DNA of 64,000 nt from a bacterium BMS3Bbin05 (GTDB lineage Bacteria; Nitrospirota; Thermodesulfovibrionia; Thermodesulfovibrionales; BMS3Bbin05), in the NCBI GenBank assembly GCA_002897855.1, contig BDTO01000021.1, positions 10,472 through 74,471 on the forward strand. The letters are read 5' to 3'. Shown piece by piece: positions 1 through 13,457 of this stretch; position 1 is the stretch's first letter; each line of letters starts with the position of its first letter. A program made the translations under genes and the position numbers. The notes under the pieces were generated by a model, which did no database searches, was not told where the DNA came from, and worked only from the letters and a program-made list of their open reading frames with translations.

Positions 1-293
1 TCCAATTTTACCCTCCCTAAAGCTTTTTTTATCTCACCCTCAAATATAATCCTCACTCCGGTGTTGATTGCATACGCAAGTACACCTATACCAAACAGAA
101 CAAAGATGATTGTAAAAATCCTTCCGGCATAACTCAGTTTGTGCACTTCCTGAAACCCGATAGTGGTGAGAGTGATTATGGTCATGTAAAGGGAATCGAG
201 AATATTCCAGCCTTCAATAATTCTATATCCTGCGGTGCCCAGGGTAAAAACCGATAGAATAAGTACAATCAGGATAGCCAGTCTTTTTCTCAA
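1..293 (-). CDS. Potassium-channel family protein, N-terminal part (gene runs off the window edge)
   Basis: Not in the ORF track because there is no stop in the window. Reverse-strand TTG at 291-293 follows a GGAGGGAG Shine-Dalgarno. My translation is MRKRLAILIVLILSVFTLGTAGYRIIEGWNILDSLYMTIITLTTIGFQEVHKLSYAGRIFTIIFVLFGIGVLAYAINTG.... This gives TM1, pore helix, a filter-like TLTTIGF and TM2, the 2-TM channel layout that normally precedes an RCK/TrkA-N domain. Confidence 0.5.
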   Translation of the reverse strand, partial: MRKRLAILIVLILSVFTLGTAGYRIIEGWNILDSLYMTIITLTTIGFQEVHKLSYAGRIFTIIFVLFGIGVLAYAINTGVRIIFEGEIKKALGRVKL

Positions 294-425
294 TCTCCCT
301 CCAATTTATGAATAATGCGAGCTAATTCCATTGGCAAGACTGATTTCTTCACCTCTATTATACCCAAAATCCAGGGATAAGCAAAACTCTTTATGAACAC
401 TCTGAAATCATATGCCGCATCTGAC

Positions 426-454
426 AAAAAAGGCCTGGCAAATTTTACCAGGCC
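426..454 (-). terminator. Rho-independent terminator downstream of rpoC
   Basis: On the minus strand the sequence reads GGCCTGG-taaaatttg-CCAGGCC followed by TTTTTTG, about 75 nt after the rpoC stop. A second hairpin without a T-tract (tccctgtgg/ccacaggga) lies at 490-512. Confidence 0.6.
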
Positions 455-529
455 GGACAATACTGTCTTTAAATGGATAGCGGGCGTATTCCCTGTGGGT
501 TTGCCACAGGGAAGATCAATTATCTGATG

Positions 530-3500
530 TCAGCTTTCTTCAATAGCCATCTCTTTTTTTTCATCAGACAACATGCCTTCACGGATATCATCCCTTTTAA
601 CAAATATATTTCTATATCTCGGCATACCGGTACCCGAAGGTATTATCCTTCCCATGATTACATTTTCTTTCAAACCTCTTAATTCATCCACCTTTCCTTC
701 AAGGGCGGCTTCGGTAAGTACACGGGTCGTCTCCTGGAATGAAGCTGCAGATACCCAGCTGTAAGTAGAAAGTGATGCCTTGGTTATTCCAAGCAATATC
801 GGTTTGCCCTGCGCAGGTTTCAATTTCTCCTTCCGGACTTTTTTGTTTACTTCCTCAAAGATCACCCTGTCAACATGCTCCCCTATGATAAACGATGTAT
901 CGCCCGGTTCTTCAATCCTTACCTTCCTCATCATCTGTCTGACGATGATTTCTATATGCTTGTCGTTGATGATTACACCCTGAAGCCTGTAAACCTTCTG
1001 CACCTCATCAACAAGATAACTCTGGAGTTTGCCGGGCCCAAGAATATCCAGAATACTGTGAGGGTCAACAGCTCCGTCCATAAGAGGCTCACCCGCTTTC
1101 AGCCAGTCACCTTCATGAACCGTCACATACTTGCCGCGGGGGATAACATACTCTTTTTCAATATCACCGCCTTTAACGGCAACAATCCTTTGCCCCTTCT
1201 GTGTCCCCCTGAATTCCACGATTCCATCTATCTCGCTGACAATTGACTGCTCCTTCGGTTTCCTTGCCTCAAACAGTTCCGCAACCCTGGGCAGACCCCC
1301 TGTAATGTCTTTTGTTTTTGTCGTTTCACGGGGGATCTTGGCAAGGATATCACCCGGCTTCACAAAATTTCCTTTATCCACAAGTATATGGGCTCCGGAA
1401 GGCAGTACATATCTGGCCGGGGCATTTGTAGTAGGAAGTCTCCTGGTTACATTGCCCTTCTCTTCCTTGATGGAAATCCTTGGCTTCATGTTTGCAGAAT
1501 AGTCTATTATGACTTTCTGCGACAGACCGGTCACTTCATCCACCTCTTCTTTTGCAGTCACCCCTTCGATAATATCACCCAGGGCAATTCTGCCGGGCAC
1601 CTCGGTCAGAATAGGCGTGGCATATGGATCCCACTCGGCAATCTTCTGACCGACCGTGACAGTATCACCTTTCTTAACATGCAGTTTTGCACCATAAACA
1701 ACATTATATTTCTCTCTTTCCCTTCCCTGTTTATCAACTATAGCGACCATGGCATTTCTGTTCAGGACGACAAGCATTCCCTCTCTGTCCTTAACTGCAT
1801 TCAGATCATAAAACTTCACAGTTCCGTTATATTTTGCTTCAAGTACAGCCTGCTCAATCGCCTTTGTAGCAGTACCACCTATATGGAAGGTCCGCATTGT
1901 AAGCTGGGTCCCTGGTTCACCGATTGACTGGGCTGCAATAATCCCCACGGACTCGCCAATCTCTACTTCCTCTCCCCTCCCCAAATCACGACCGTAACAC
2001 TTTGCACAGAGCCCGAAGTCTGCCTCACATGTTAATGTAGATCTGATATGAACCCGATCAATGCCGGCATCAACTATTTTGAGGGCTATCTCTTCGTTTA
2101 TTTCGATATTGCGCTTAACGATTATCTCCTCTGTTACAGGATCTTTCAGGGTTTCTACCACCACCCTGCCAATAATTCTGTCCTCAAGCGGTTGAATAAT
2201 CTCTCCACCCTCAATAAGCGGAGAAACGGATATCCCCCTGCGCGTGCCGCAATCCAGCTCAGTAATACTGACATCCTGCGACACATCAACAAGACGCCGT
2301 GTCAGATATCCGGAATTGGCAGTCTTCAATGCCGTATCTGCAAGCCCTTTCCTTGCGCCGTGAGTCGAAATAAAGTACTGCAACGGGGTCAGACCTTCTC
2401 TGAAATTGGCAGTAATCGGTGTTTCTATAATTTCACCTGAAGGTTTTGCCATTAATCCTCTCATGCCTGCGAGCTGCCTTATCTGGGCTGCCGATCCCCT
2501 TGCCCCCGAATCGGCCATCATGAAAACGTTATTGAACGCCCTGCTCTCCTCAATTTCTTCCGGGGTAAGATTCTTGCCGTCCTCAGCGCCGAGTTCTTTC
2601 ATCATCTCATCAGCTATCTTTTCCGTTGCGTTTGCCCAGATATCTATTACCTTGTTATATCTCTCGCCCTGGGTTATAAGACCGTCGGAATACTGCCTGT
2701 AAACCTCTAAGACTTCATTCTCGGACTTCTTCAGGATATTCGCTTTCTGGGAAGGGATATGCATGTCTGCCATACAGATTGATATTCCTGATTTGGTTGC
2801 ATAATGAAATCCAAGCTTCTTAATATTATCAAGAAGCAGGACAGTCTTCCTCTTGCCGGCAAAGTTATACGCGTAATCAATAAGCGTCTGGATCTCCTTC
2901 TTGCTCATAACCCTGTTTACATATGAGAAGGGTATCTCATCCGGCAATATTTCACCGAGGATTACCCTGCCAACCGTCGTGTAGTCCTGCCATTTTGACG
3001 GGTCTTTCTGCTCCTCCCTGCTGAGCTCGGGTTCCCCGGTCCTGGTAAGGCCTTGCACTTTGATCCTGGCATGTTCACTAATAACCCCGGAATCAAACGC
3101 CAGCCGGACCTCATCAGGATACGAAAAAATCATTCCTTCGCCTTTTTCCCCCTTCCTTTCCTTGGTGAGGTAATAAATGCCAAGCACCATATCCTGTGTC
3201 GGAAGAACAATGGGTTTACCATTAGCAGGAGAAAGCAGATTATTTACCGACATCATAAGCACACGTGCCTCTACCTGAGCCTCAATGGACAAAGGAACAT
3301 GAACTGCCATCTGATCACCGTCAAAATCAGCATTATAAGCAGTACACACGAGAGGATGCAACTTGATAGCTTTTCCCTCAACGAGCACGGGATCAAAGGC
3401 CTGGATTCCAAGCCGGTGCAGGGTAGGCGCCCTGTTCAGCATTACGGGATGCTCCCGTATAACTTCCTCCAGCGCATCCCATATTTCCGGCAATTCATCT

Positions 3501-4708
3501 TCTACGAACTTTTTTGCATGTTTAATAGTAGTTACAAGGCCTTTTTCCTCAAGCTTGTTGAATACAAAAGGTTTAAAGAGTTCGAGCGCCATAAGCTTCG
3601 GCAGGCCGCACTGATGGAGTTTGAGCTCCGGCCCCACAACGATAACTGAACGTCCCGAGTAGTCCACCCTCTTACCGAGGAGGTTCTGTCTGAACCTGCC
3701 CTGTTTCCCCTTTATCATATCACTTAATGATTTCAGCGGCCTCTTGGTTGCACTTTTCAGCACCCTGCTCTTTTTTGTATTATCAAACAGAGAATCGACT
3801 GCCTCCTGGAGCATCCTTTTTTCGTTCTTTATGATAACGCTCGGTGCCTTAAGGTCCATCAGACGCTTAAGCCTGTTATTACGGTTAATAACTCTCCTGT
3901 ACAGATCGTTCAGATCGGATGTGGCAAATCTTCCGCCTTCAAGAGGAACAAGAGGCCTGAGATCCGGAGGAAGCACCGGTACAACATCCAGTATCATCCA
4001 CTCCGGGTTATTCCCCGACTTTCTGAAGGCCTCTACAATCTTCAGTCTCTTCGAATACTTCTTTTTTGCGCCTATCGAAGTCGCATCTCTGACCTTCTGA
4101 TGGAGTTCGATTGAAAGCGCATCCAGACCGACCGCCCTTAAAAGCTCTCTGACAGCCTCAGCGCCCATTCCGGCCTTGAATTTGGAGCCATATTCAGATA
4201 TATTCTTCTTGTATTCCTCTTCAGAAAGTATCTCCTTGGCCTTAAGAGGTGTATCTCCCGGATCAATGACAATATAGCTTTCAAAGTATAAAACCTTCTC
4301 AAGTTTGCGCATCGGCATGTCAAGAAGGGTCCCTATCCTGCTCGGCACGCCCTTAAGAAACCAGATATGCGCAACCGGGGTCGACAATTCTATATGACCG
4401 AGCCTCTCTCTTCTGACCCTGGACTGTATGACCTCGACACCGCATTTGTCACAGACAACGCCTCTGTGCTTCATTCTCTTGTATTTACCGCAAATACATT
4501 CCCAGTCCTTCACAGGACCGAATATCTTTGCACAGAATAAACCATCCTTTTCAGGCTTAAATGTCCTGTAATTAATTGTTTCCGGCTTCTTTACCTCGCC
4601 AAATGACCATTCTCTGATCCTTTCCGGCGAGACAAGCCTGATCCTGATCGCCTCAAAATCCTTTGGATTCTTGGGCTGCTGAAAAAGGGCATAACGATTA
4701 TCTGCCAA
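530..4708 (-). CDS. rpoC: DNA-directed RNA polymerase subunit beta-prime
   Basis: 1392-aa ORF. It contains the NADFDGDQM catalytic motif, zinc-binding cysteines (CxCGK...CxxC), and trigger-loop and bridge-helix regions. It sits directly downstream of rpoB. Confidence 0.99.
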   Translation of the reverse strand: MADNRYALFQQPKNPKDFEAIRIRLVSPERIREWSFGEVKKPETINYRTFKPEKDGLFCAKIFGPVKDWECICGKYKRMKHRGVVCDKCGVEVIQSRVRRERLGHIELSTPVAHIWFLKGVPSRIGTLLDMPMRKLEKVLYFESYIVIDPGDTPLKAKEILSEEEYKKNISEYGSKFKAGMGAEAVRELLRAVGLDALSIELHQKVRDATSIGAKKKYSKRLKIVEAFRKSGNNPEWMILDVVPVLPPDLRPLVPLEGGRFATSDLNDLYRRVINRNNRLKRLMDLKAPSVIIKNEKRMLQEAVDSLFDNTKKSRVLKSATKRPLKSLSDMIKGKQGRFRQNLLGKRVDYSGRSVIVVGPELKLHQCGLPKLMALELFKPFVFNKLEEKGLVTTIKHAKKFVEDELPEIWDALEEVIREHPVMLNRAPTLHRLGIQAFDPVLVEGKAIKLHPLVCTAYNADFDGDQMAVHVPLSIEAQVEARVLMMSVNNLLSPANGKPIVLPTQDMVLGIYYLTKERKGEKGEGMIFSYPDEVRLAFDSGVISEHARIKVQGLTRTGEPELSREEQKDPSKWQDYTTVGRVILGEILPDEIPFSYVNRVMSKKEIQTLIDYAYNFAGKRKTVLLLDNIKKLGFHYATKSGISICMADMHIPSQKANILKKSENEVLEVYRQYSDGLITQGERYNKVIDIWANATEKIADEMMKELGAEDGKNLTPEEIEESRAFNNVFMMADSGARGSAAQIRQLAGMRGLMAKPSGEIIETPITANFREGLTPLQYFISTHGARKGLADTALKTANSGYLTRRLVDVSQDVSITELDCGTRRGISVSPLIEGGEIIQPLEDRIIGRVVVETLKDPVTEEIIVKRNIEINEEIALKIVDAGIDRVHIRSTLTCEADFGLCAKCYGRDLGRGEEVEIGESVGIIAAQSIGEPGTQLTMRTFHIGGTATKAIEQAVLEAKYNGTVKFYDLNAVKDREGMLVVLNRNAMVAIVDKQGREREKYNVVYGAKLHVKKGDTVTVGQKIAEWDPYATPILTEVPGRIALGDIIEGVTAKEEVDEVTGLSQKVIIDYSANMKPRISIKEEKGNVTRRLPTTNAPARYVLPSGAHILVDKGNFVKPGDILAKIPRETTKTKDITGGLPRVAELFEARKPKEQSIVSEIDGIVEFRGTQKGQRIVAVKGGDIEKEYVIPRGKYVTVHEGDWLKAGEPLMDGAVDPHSILDILGPGKLQSYLVDEVQKVYRLQGVIINDKHIEIIVRQMMRKVRIEEPGDTSFIIGEHVDRVIFEEVNKKVRKEKLKPAQGKPILLGITKASLSTYSWVSAASFQETTRVLTEAALEGKVDELRGLKENVIMGRIIPSGTGMPRYRNIFVKRDDIREGMLSDEKKEMAIEES

Positions 4709-4709
4709 C

Positions 4710-7700
4710 TTATTCCCCCTTATTCTTTTTCTCCAGTAGTTCTACATCAAGACATAGACTCTGGAGTTCTTTTATTATTACGTGGAAAGACTCAGGCACA
4801 CCCGGCACGAGTGTGGCATCTCCCTTCACAATCGCTTCATACATCTTTGCCCTTCCCTGGACATCATCGCTCTTTACAGTAAGAAACTCCTGCAATGCAT
4901 TCGCAGCACCATAAGCCTCAAGAGCCCAGACTTCCATCTCTCCCAGCCTCTGGCCGCCGAACTGGGCCTTGCCCCCGAGCGGCTGTTGGGTAACAAGAGA
5001 ATAAGGTCCGATTGACCTTGCGTGTATCTTGTCATCAACCAGATGGTGCAGTTTCAGCACATACATAACCCCCACTGTTATCGGTTTATCAAAGGCTTCT
5101 CCCGTCCTGCCGTCATGAAGAGTAATCTGCCCGGTTTCGGGAAGTCCTGCTTTTTGAAGCAGCTCCTTTATCTCATCTTCTTTTGCCCCTTCAAAAACCG
5201 GCGTTGCCATGTGCAGACCGAGAGCACGGGCAGCCCATCCGAAGTGCACTTCCAGAACCTGTCCCACATTCATTCTCGACGGCACTCCCAAAGGGTTCAG
5301 CACGACATCGACAGGTGTCCCGTCGGGAAGATAAGGCATGTCCTCTTCAGGGAGAACCATTGCGATGACCCCCTTATTTCCATGCCTTCCGGCCATTTTG
5401 TCACCGATCTGTATTTTCCTCTTCATTGCAATATAAACCTTGACCAGCTTGTTTACACCGGGCATCAGTTCATCCCCTTTTCTCAGCCTGTCAACCCTCT
5501 CATCATAGCAGTTTTCAAGGTAGTGTATATACTGCCTGGTCTCGTTTTCTATGATATCTATCTTTTCCTTCGTTTCCACATCTCTGATCCTGATTTTTTT
5601 CAAGTGCTCATCTTTTACCTTATCAAGGACATCTTTTGTAAGTGTTTTTCCTTTCCTGCACAGAATCTCTTTTCCCCTTGCATCCTTAACATCCTCTGTA
5701 ACATGCTGATTCAGCAACATTTTCCTTATCTTGATAAATTTTTCTTCGGTTACTATTCTCGCCTCTTCTTCGAGGTCTCTCTGCAACTTGAGGATATCAT
5801 CTTCCTCTATACTTTTTGTTCTCTTATCTTTTTTAGATCCCTTCCTTGAAAATACTCTTACATCAACTACCGTACCGGCTATCCCCGGAGGGGCATAAAG
5901 ACAACTTTCCCTGACATCTTCAGCCTTGTCACCAAATATCGCCCTGAGAAGCTTTTCTTCGGGTGTGAGTTGTGTTTCCCCCTTAGGCGTGACCTTACCG
6001 ACAAGCACATCGTTTGGCGCAACATTGGCGCCAATGCGGATAATACCGCTTTCATCAAGATCCTTGAGGGCGGTTTCGCTCATATTGGGGATATCCCTCG
6101 TGATCTCCTCAGGCCCCAGCTTTGTCTCCCTGGCTTCTACTTCGAATTCTTCAATATGTATTGATGTATATACGTCCTCTTTTACAAGTCTTTCGCTCAA
6201 AAGGATCGCATCTTCAAAGTTGTAACCGCCCCACGGCATGAATGCCACAAGGACATTTTTGCCAAGCGCCAGTTCACCCATATCAGTTGATGGACCGTCT
6301 GCAATAACATCACCCTTTTTCACCTTGTTTCCAACATCAACCAGGGGTTTCTGGTTGATACAGGTTGTCTGGTTTGAACGTGTAAACTTGACAAGGTTAT
6401 ATATATCCACACCACCGTCACCCTCGGTCACCCTTATCACAATCCTCGTAGCATCAACGCTCTCAACAACTCCGGACCTGCCGACAATCACGGCCACTCC
6501 TGAATCCTTTGCAGTTCTTGCTTCCATGCCTGTTCCGATAATAGGCGCTTCGGTCGTTATAAGCGGAACCGCCTGCCTCTGCATGTTTGAACCCATCAGC
6601 GCCCTGTTTGCATCATCATTTTCAAGAAACGGAATCAGGGATGCAGAAATTCCGACAATCTGTTTCGGAGAAACATCCATATAGTGAACTTCTTCGGGAG
6701 CGTATATCTTGAAGTCTCCACCTATTCTGGCGGAAACCGCCTCTCCGATAAGTTTGCCGTCCTTATCAACCGGGGACGTAGCTTCAGCTATTGCATACCT
6801 CTCACCGTCGATGGCGGAAAGGTAGTCAATCTTATCAGTAACTCTGCCATTAATCACCTTTCTGTACGGCACCTCAATAAAACCATACTCGTTTACCCTG
6901 GCATATGTTGCAAGTGAAGTGATAAGTCCGATATTAGGCCCTTCAGGGGTCTCGACGGGACAAATCCTTCCATAATGAGTAGGGTGTACATCCCGCACCT
7001 CGAACCCCGCCCTTTCCCTGGTGAGACCGCCGGGGCCAAGGGCCGACAATCTTCTCTTGTGAGTAATCTCCGACAGGGGATTTGTCTGATCCATGAACTG
7101 ACTCAGTTGGCTTGAACCAAAGAATTCCTTGACTGCAGCCATAACAGGCTTTGCATTTACGATATCATGAGGCATAATCTCGTCCATATCGGTCAGGGTC
7201 ATCTTTTCCTTAATGGCTCTCTCCATCCTGACGAGTCCTATCCTGAACTGATTCTCGAGCAGTTCGCCGACACTCCTTACTCTCCTGTTCCCGAGGTGAT
7301 CTATATCATCGACCTCTCCCTTGCCGGTCTTGAGATCAAGAATATACCGGACTATTTCAATAATATCCCTGTCAGTCAGCACACGTACATCTTCCGGTAT
7401 ATCCAGACCGAGTCTCTTATTTATCTTTATTCTTCCCACTGGTGAAAGGTCATACCTCTTATCATCAAAAAACAGCCCTTTGAACAATTCACTCGCTGCG
7501 TGGAGTGTTGGGGGCTCACCGGGTCTCAGTCTCTTGTATATCTCAACAAGGGCATCGTCCCCGGACGTAACCTTATCCGAGATAAGAGTATCCCTGAAAG
7601 ATGGAAGATATCTGATATTGTCGATGTAAATAAGTTCAAGGGAACTTACTTTCAATTCTATAAACTTATCAAAGACCTCCTTTGTTATGACATCATTTCC

Positions 7701-8645
7701 TTCAAGAATAATCTCACCTGTTTCAGGATCAACTATATCACCAAGACTCACTCGTCCGACAATCTCGTCTTCAACAATGGGGATCTCTGTTATTCCTGCT
7801 GCTTCCATCTTCCTGAAAGCAACTTTTGTAATCTTACCACCCTCTTTAACAATTACATCCCTGTTAACCGGATCCTTGACAGCGCTCTTTGTCTTAATCC
7901 CGATTAAAAATTCCTTCAGCTCTCTGAAATACTGGTTTTTCCCCTTTATTTTAACCTTTTCTACAGGGTAAAACATCTTTAACAGGTCGTCATTACTGTA
8001 ACCTATGGCCTTAAGAACTACAGTTGCAGGAAGTTTCTTCCTCCTGTCTATTCTCACATAAAGAATATCCTTGGTATCAAATTCAAAATCAAGCCATGAC
8101 CCTCTTGCGGGAATAACCCTTGCGGTATAAAGCATGCGTCCGCTTGCATGGGTTTTCATCTTGTCAGGGCTGAAAAAGACACCGGGAGATCTGTGCAACT
8201 GACTGACGATTACACGTTCAGTCCCATTTATTATGAATGTGCCTGTCTCGGTCATGAGAGGTATCTCACCGATAAACACTTCCTGTTCCCTGGCCTCTCT
8301 GAGTTTCTTTGACCCGTCTTCCTGAATATCAAAAAGATTAAGCCGCACCTTGATCTTTATTGGAGCAGAATAGTTTATCCCCTTCTGAATACACTCACGG
8401 GATGAGAATTTAGGATCACCGATGCTGTACTCAATAAAATCTATTGTAGATGTCTCGTTATAATCAGTTATGGGGAAAACACTCCTGAAAGCTGCCTGCA
8501 GCCCTATATCCTTTCTCCTGCCGTGAGGAATATCCTTCTGAAGAAAAGATTCAAATGATTTTGTCTGAATTTCTATGAGATTCGGGACATCAAGGATTAT
8601 AGGAACCCTGCCTAAATTTTCTCTCTTTCTTAAAACCTTTGCCAT
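4710..8645 (-). CDS. rpoB: DNA-directed RNA polymerase subunit beta
   Basis: 1311-aa ORF with typical beta-subunit blocks ([36 protein letters not shown]). Its stop is 1 nt from the rpoC start. Confidence 0.99.
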   Translation of the reverse strand: MAKVLRKRENLGRVPIILDVPNLIEIQTKSFESFLQKDIPHGRRKDIGLQAAFRSVFPITDYNETSTIDFIEYSIGDPKFSSRECIQKGINYSAPIKIKVRLNLFDIQEDGSKKLREAREQEVFIGEIPLMTETGTFIINGTERVIVSQLHRSPGVFFSPDKMKTHASGRMLYTARVIPARGSWLDFEFDTKDILYVRIDRRKKLPATVVLKAIGYSNDDLLKMFYPVEKVKIKGKNQYFRELKEFLIGIKTKSAVKDPVNRDVIVKEGGKITKVAFRKMEAAGITEIPIVEDEIVGRVSLGDIVDPETGEIILEGNDVITKEVFDKFIELKVSSLELIYIDNIRYLPSFRDTLISDKVTSGDDALVEIYKRLRPGEPPTLHAASELFKGLFFDDKRYDLSPVGRIKINKRLGLDIPEDVRVLTDRDIIEIVRYILDLKTGKGEVDDIDHLGNRRVRSVGELLENQFRIGLVRMERAIKEKMTLTDMDEIMPHDIVNAKPVMAAVKEFFGSSQLSQFMDQTNPLSEITHKRRLSALGPGGLTRERAGFEVRDVHPTHYGRICPVETPEGPNIGLITSLATYARVNEYGFIEVPYRKVINGRVTDKIDYLSAIDGERYAIAEATSPVDKDGKLIGEAVSARIGGDFKIYAPEEVHYMDVSPKQIVGISASLIPFLENDDANRALMGSNMQRQAVPLITTEAPIIGTGMEARTAKDSGVAVIVGRSGVVESVDATRIVIRVTEGDGGVDIYNLVKFTRSNQTTCINQKPLVDVGNKVKKGDVIADGPSTDMGELALGKNVLVAFMPWGGYNFEDAILLSERLVKEDVYTSIHIEEFEVEARETKLGPEEITRDIPNMSETALKDLDESGIIRIGANVAPNDVLVGKVTPKGETQLTPEEKLLRAIFGDKAEDVRESCLYAPPGIAGTVVDVRVFSRKGSKKDKRTKSIEEDDILKLQRDLEEEARIVTEEKFIKIRKMLLNQHVTEDVKDARGKEILCRKGKTLTKDVLDKVKDEHLKKIRIRDVETKEKIDIIENETRQYIHYLENCYDERVDRLRKGDELMPGVNKLVKVYIAMKRKIQIGDKMAGRHGNKGVIAMVLPEEDMPYLPDGTPVDVVLNPLGVPSRMNVGQVLEVHFGWAARALGLHMATPVFEGAKEDEIKELLQKAGLPETGQITLHDGRTGEAFDKPITVGVMYVLKLHHLVDDKIHARSIGPYSLVTQQPLGGKAQFGGQRLGEMEVWALEAYGAANALQEFLTVKSDDVQGRAKMYEAIVKGDATLVPGVPESFHVIIKELQSLCLDVELLEKKNKGE

Positions 8646-8778
8646 AATTCTCCTTCCAGATTGCGGGTCAGGTTTTCATAAAGGGGGAGACGACCAGCCG
8701 CTACCTCCCCATCCAGATACTTGAATAACCGATTAAATGCCTTAACGACGCACACTCCCTTAATCTGACGAATATTTT

Positions 8779-9174
8779 CTACTTTATTTCTACTGTTGCA
8801 CCCTGTTCTTCAAGCTTCGCTTTCATTGCTTCTGCATCTTCCCTGGAAACCCCTGTCTTGACAGGCTGGGGAGCACCGTCAACAAGTCCCTTGGCTTCCT
8901 TGAGACCAAGCCCTGTAAGTTCTCTTACTACCTTAATGACCTGTATTTTCTTGTCACCTACAGCAGCTAGAACAACATCAAAACTCGTCTTTTCCTCAGC
9001 CGCAGCCTGTTCTTCCGCTCCTGATGCAGCATCCCCGGGAACCGCCGCCATTGCTACCGGAGCTGCTGCCGTAACTCCATACCTGTCTTCAAACTCCTTA
9101 ATGAAGTCGGACATCTGCAGTATGGTCATATTGTCAATAAACTCAAATACCTGTTCCTTTGTTACTTCTGCCAT
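8779..9174 (-). CDS. rplL: 50S ribosomal protein L7/L12
   Basis: 131 aa with an Ala-rich hinge and the C-terminal [12 protein letters not shown]...[17 protein letters not shown] signature. Confidence 0.97.
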   Translation of the reverse strand: MAEVTKEQVFEFIDNMTILQMSDFIKEFEDRYGVTAAAPVAMAAVPGDAASGAEEQAAAEEKTSFDVVLAAVGDKKIQVIKVVRELTGLGLKEAKGLVDGAPQPVKTGVSREDAEAMKAKLEEQGATVEIK

Positions 9175-9202
9175 TTTATTCCTCCTTAAAATATTTGTAT
9201 TT

Positions 9203-9721
9203 CTATTCAGTTTTTTTTGATCTTAAAGCTTCCAGAGCATAGCCGAACTTCGCAATTGTCGCATTGAGCCCTGCCGCCAATTTACTTGCCGGAGCAGAGA
9301 AAGCGCCTGCCAGCATCGAAAGCAACATATCTTTAGAGGGCAGTACGGCTATCTTTTTCAGCTCATTCTCTTCAACAAGACTGCCTTCAATGATTCCACA
9401 TTTGATCTTAAACTTCTCATTGGCTTTTGAATATGCAAGCACACTCTTTACGGCCAGGACCGGGTCATCATAACCAAAGGCAATACCCACAGGACCTTGA
9501 AAATAATCACGGGCTGAAGTAATCGGGGTTTCATCAGATGCAATCCTTGCCAGGGTATTCTTTACCACACTGTAATCCATCTTTGCATCCCTGAATTTTC
9601 GTCTTGCTTCCGACAACTCTTCAACTGTAAGCCCCTTATAATCAGTAAGAATCACTGCCTTCGCATTTGAAAAACGGTCCTTTAACGCCGCGACGGCCTC
9701 TTTTTTCTGTTCCCTGTTCAG
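9203..9721 (-). CDS. rplJ: 50S ribosomal protein L10 (start apparently CTG)
   Basis: The ORF track begins at GTG 9655 (150 aa). The in-frame upstream residues [23 protein letters not shown] match conserved L10 N-termini. No ATG, GTG or TTG lies in frame before the stop at 9821-9823. CTG at 9719-9721 sits 5 nt after AAGGAGG. The 3' end is firm; the 5' end is tentative. Confidence 0.85.
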   Translation of the reverse strand: MNREQKKEAVAALKDRFSNAKAVILTDYKGLTVEELSEARRKFRDAKMDYSVVKNTLARIASDETPITSARDYFQGPVGIAFGYDDPVLAVKSVLAYSKANEKFKIKCGIIEGSLVEENELKKIAVLPSKDMLLSMLAGAFSAPASKLAAGLNATIAKFGYALEALRSKKTE

Positions 9722-9852
9722 ATATTCCTCCTTTTCCAGAGACCCGGGCAGGCAAAACTTCAGTCTGGGTAGGCTGTCTTTCCGAATCAGACAATTAAGT
9801 CCGGCACCTACTGTCTCTGACTATTGATATTTAAGTTAAGGGCTAAGCCCTC

Positions 9853-10548
9853 TTAATTTCTTACCGCCGTTACACTGTCAATATTTACTCTGATCCCCGG
9901 CCCCATAGTGGAAGATACAACTATTTTCTTCAGATACTTCCCTTTGCTCGTAGAGGGTTTTGCCTTATTTATTGAATCCACTGCTGCACGTATATTGTCA
10001 ACGATTTTAGCCGTATCAAAGGACACCCTGCCTACGGGCAGGTGCACGATCCCCGTCTTGTCAACCTTGAATTCCACCTTTCCCGCCTTTAGTTCCCTGA
10101 CAGCCTTCCCTACATCAAATGTAACCGTACCAAGTTTCGGGTTAGGCATTAATCCCCTCGGGCCGAGAATCTTGCCAATCTTTCCAACGAGTCCCATTAC
10201 ATCCGGTGTAGCCACCGCCTTATCAAAATCAAGCCATCCCTTCCGGATCTTTTCGACCAGATCCTCAGCACCGACATGGTCCGCTCCGGCTTCCGACGCC
10301 TCTTTTTCCTTCTCACCTTTGGCAAAAACCAGCACCCTGACATCTTTCCCTGTCCCGTGAGGCAGTGCCACAGTGCCTCTGACCATCTGGTCGGATTTTT
10401 TAGGATCAACGCCGAGACGAACAGCAATATCAACCGATTCGTCAAATTTCGCAAAGGCAAGATCTTTTACCTTATTTATTGCTTCTTCAGCCGGGATCTC
10501 TGCATTATTCTCAATATCCTTTTTTGCTTGTTCCAACTTTTTCCCCAT
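9853..10548 (-). CDS. rplA: 50S ribosomal protein L1
   Basis: 231-aa ORF with L1 blocks ([36 protein letters not shown]). Confidence 0.97.
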   Translation of the reverse strand: MGKKLEQAKKDIENNAEIPAEEAINKVKDLAFAKFDESVDIAVRLGVDPKKSDQMVRGTVALPHGTGKDVRVLVFAKGEKEKEASEAGADHVGAEDLVEKIRKGWLDFDKAVATPDVMGLVGKIGKILGPRGLMPNPKLGTVTFDVGKAVRELKAGKVEFKVDKTGIVHLPVGRVSFDTAKIVDNIRAAVDSINKAKPSTSKGKYLKKIVVSSTMGPGIRVNIDSVTAVRN

Positions 10549-10561
10549 TGATAACCTCCAG

Positions 10562-10987
10562 TCAGTCTTCGATATCTACGCCCATACTCATGGCTGTACC
10601 GCTCACAATCCTCATTGCCTCATCAATTTCATATGCATTCAGGTCAGGCATTTTCGTCTCAGCGATATGCCTGATCTGGGCCGTAGAGAGTTTTCCAACC
10701 TTTTCCCTGTTCGGGACACCTGACCCCTTAACAATTCCAGCCGCCTTCTTTATCAATTCCGAAGCCGGGGGGGTCTTTGTAATAAATGTAAACGACCTGT
10801 CTTTATATATTGTGAGCACAACAGGGATTATCGTATCTCCCATAGGCGCTGTTTTGGCATTAAACTGTTTGCAAAACTCCATGATATTGATACCATGAGG
10901 GCCCAAAGCCGGTCCGACCGGTGGGGCAGGATTAGCTTTGCCGGCCGGTATCTGCAATTTAACCTGAGCCATAATTTCTTTCGCCAT
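10562..10987 (-). CDS. rplK: 50S ribosomal protein L11
   Basis: 141 aa with [18 protein letters not shown] and [14 protein letters not shown] motifs. Confidence 0.97.
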   Translation of the reverse strand: MAKEIMAQVKLQIPAGKANPAPPVGPALGPHGINIMEFCKQFNAKTAPMGDTIIPVVLTIYKDRSFTFITKTPPASELIKKAAGIVKGSGVPNREKVGKLSTAQIRHIAETKMPDLNAYEIDEAMRIVSGTAMSMGVDIED

Positions 10988-11032
10988 TTATTTATACCTC
11001 CTTGTTGACAACTTATCTATTTGATAATTAAA

Positions 11033-11557
11033 TTATGCCTTTTCCACCTGAAAAAAATTCAGTTCTACAGGTGTCTGTCTGCCAAAAATACTGACCATGA
11101 CTCTCAACCTTCCATGATCCATATCCACTTCATCAACATTTCCAACGAAACTCGCAAAAGGGCCGTCTATGATACGAACCGGCTCTCCAACTTCATATTG
11201 AGTTCTGACCTGCTGGACAGGCCCCTTCTCAATCTGCTGCACTATCTCCTCCACTTCTTCTTCAGGTATGGGAACAGGCTTCGACCCTCCGACAAATCCT
11301 GTCACCCGGGGTGTGCTCCTGACAATATGCCAGGTTTCATCATCAAGTTCCATCTCAACAAGGATATATCCCGGATAGAATTTCTTGTCGAATTCCTTCT
11401 TCTTGCCGGATCTCAACTCGACCACTCTTTCAGTAGGGATCAGGATCTTTGTTATCCTCTCCTCCAGCCCTTTTCTCGCTATCTTGTCTTCTATCGAACT
11501 TTTTACCTTATCTTCAAAGCCCGAATATGTATGTACGACATACCAGTTTTTTCCCAT
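11033..11557 (-). CDS. nusG: Transcription termination/antitermination factor NusG
   Basis: 174 aa. It has an NGN domain start (WYVVHTYSGFE) and a KOW region (GEPVRIIDGPFASFVGNV). Position between secE and rplK is canonical. Confidence 0.95.
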   Translation of the reverse strand: MGKNWYVVHTYSGFEDKVKSSIEDKIARKGLEERITKILIPTERVVELRSGKKKEFDKKFYPGYILVEMELDDETWHIVRSTPRVTGFVGGSKPVPIPEEEVEEIVQQIEKGPVQQVRTQYEVGEPVRIIDGPFASFVGNVDEVDMDHGRLRVMVSIFGRQTPVELNFFQVEKA

Positions 11558-11566
11558 ATCGAACGC

Positions 11567-11752
11567 TTACCTCAAAAGATATTTAATAAATTTTGATAAG
11601 ACCATATCCACAATCCCGAGAAAAATCGAAACCAATATTACCGACACAATTACGACCTTTGTTGAACCTATCAGTTCATCCTTTCCAGGGAAAACAACCT
11701 TCCTGGTCTCTGCCTTAACCTCTCTGAAAAAAGCCTTTATTCTTTCAAGCAT
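11567..11752 (-). CDS. secE: Preprotein translocase subunit SecE
   Basis: 61-aa single-TM protein (FFREVKAETRKVVFP...TM) immediately upstream of nusG. Confidence 0.85.
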   Translation of the reverse strand: MLERIKAFFREVKAETRKVVFPGKDELIGSTKVVIVSVILVSIFLGIVDMVLSKFIKYLLR

Positions 11753-11797
11753 TATTCATATCCCCAATAAACACGCAACATTATATAAACTAAAACC

Positions 11798-11873
11798 TGG
11801 CAGGCCAGGAGGGATTTGAACCCCCAACCCTCGGATTTGGAGTCCGGCGCTCTGCCGTTAGAGCTACTGGCCT
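11798..11873 (-). tRNA. tRNA-Trp (anticodon CCA)
   Basis: The reverse strand reads AGGCCAGTAGCTCTAACGGCAGAGCGCCGGACTCCAAATCCGAGGGTTGGGGGTTCAAATCCCTCCTGGCCTGCCA. It folds with a 7-bp acceptor stem, a GCTC/GAGC D stem, a CUCCAAA anticodon loop, a GTTCAAAT T-loop and an encoded CCA. The position between rpmG and secE is common. Confidence 0.93.
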
Positions 11874-11975
11874 ATCCCAAAACATGCAAAAAGCAAAATG
11901 AAAAATTCAAAATAATGGAACGAACCATAATATCCTGATCTTTTTACATTTTGATCTTTGCACTTTGAATTTATC

Positions 11976-12128
11976 TTATGTCTTTGTCTCCTTGTGCGCA
12001 GTGTGTTTCCTGCAATTTCTACAGTATTTTTTCAACTGCAATTTATCAGTGGTATTCTTTTTATTTTTCATGGTCGAATAATTTTTATTCTTACATTCTG
12101 TGCATTGAAGCAAAATAATATCTCTCAT
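11976..12128 (-). CDS. rpmG: 50S ribosomal protein L33
   Basis: Below the ORF-track size cutoff. My translation is [50 protein letters not shown] (50 aa). It has the two CxxC pairs and the L33 pattern, and it lies between tuf and tRNA-Trp. Confidence 0.9.
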   Translation of the reverse strand: MRDIILLQCTECKNKNYSTMKNKKNTTDKLQLKKYCRNCRKHTAHKETKT

Positions 12129-12148
12129 AAATGATATCCTCTTCTCAC

Positions 12149-13348
<1,200 letters not shown>

Positions 13349-13457
13349 CTCTCCTCCTTTTCCAGAGATCCATATATAAAACTCTGGAATGCAATAACTG
13401 GAAGTTAGTAATATATCAAATTTTAACAATAAAAATCAAAAAATATTTTCAAAAAAG

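Noticed and set aside
573-8000. Dozens of plus-strand ORFs of 60-275 aa inside rpoC and rpoB (for example 3053-3649 and 5022-5849).
   Set aside because: They are antisense to very strongly conserved genes and have low-complexity Ser/Pro/Leu-rich translations. They lack SD sequences and recognisable motifs. These are typical shadow ORFs.
9722-9852. An L10 (rplJ) autoregulatory leader RNA as a separate feature.
   Set aside because: The location is right, but I could not identify the kink-turn / rRNA-mimic structure by eye. It is mentioned only inside a finding.
13349-13429. The 27-codon N-terminal extension of tuf given by the ORF track (TTG 13429).
   Set aside because: The conserved EF-Tu N-terminus [12 protein letters not shown] begins at ATG 13348, which has its own GGAGGAG site. 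The extension ([20 protein letters not shown]...) is not protein-like.
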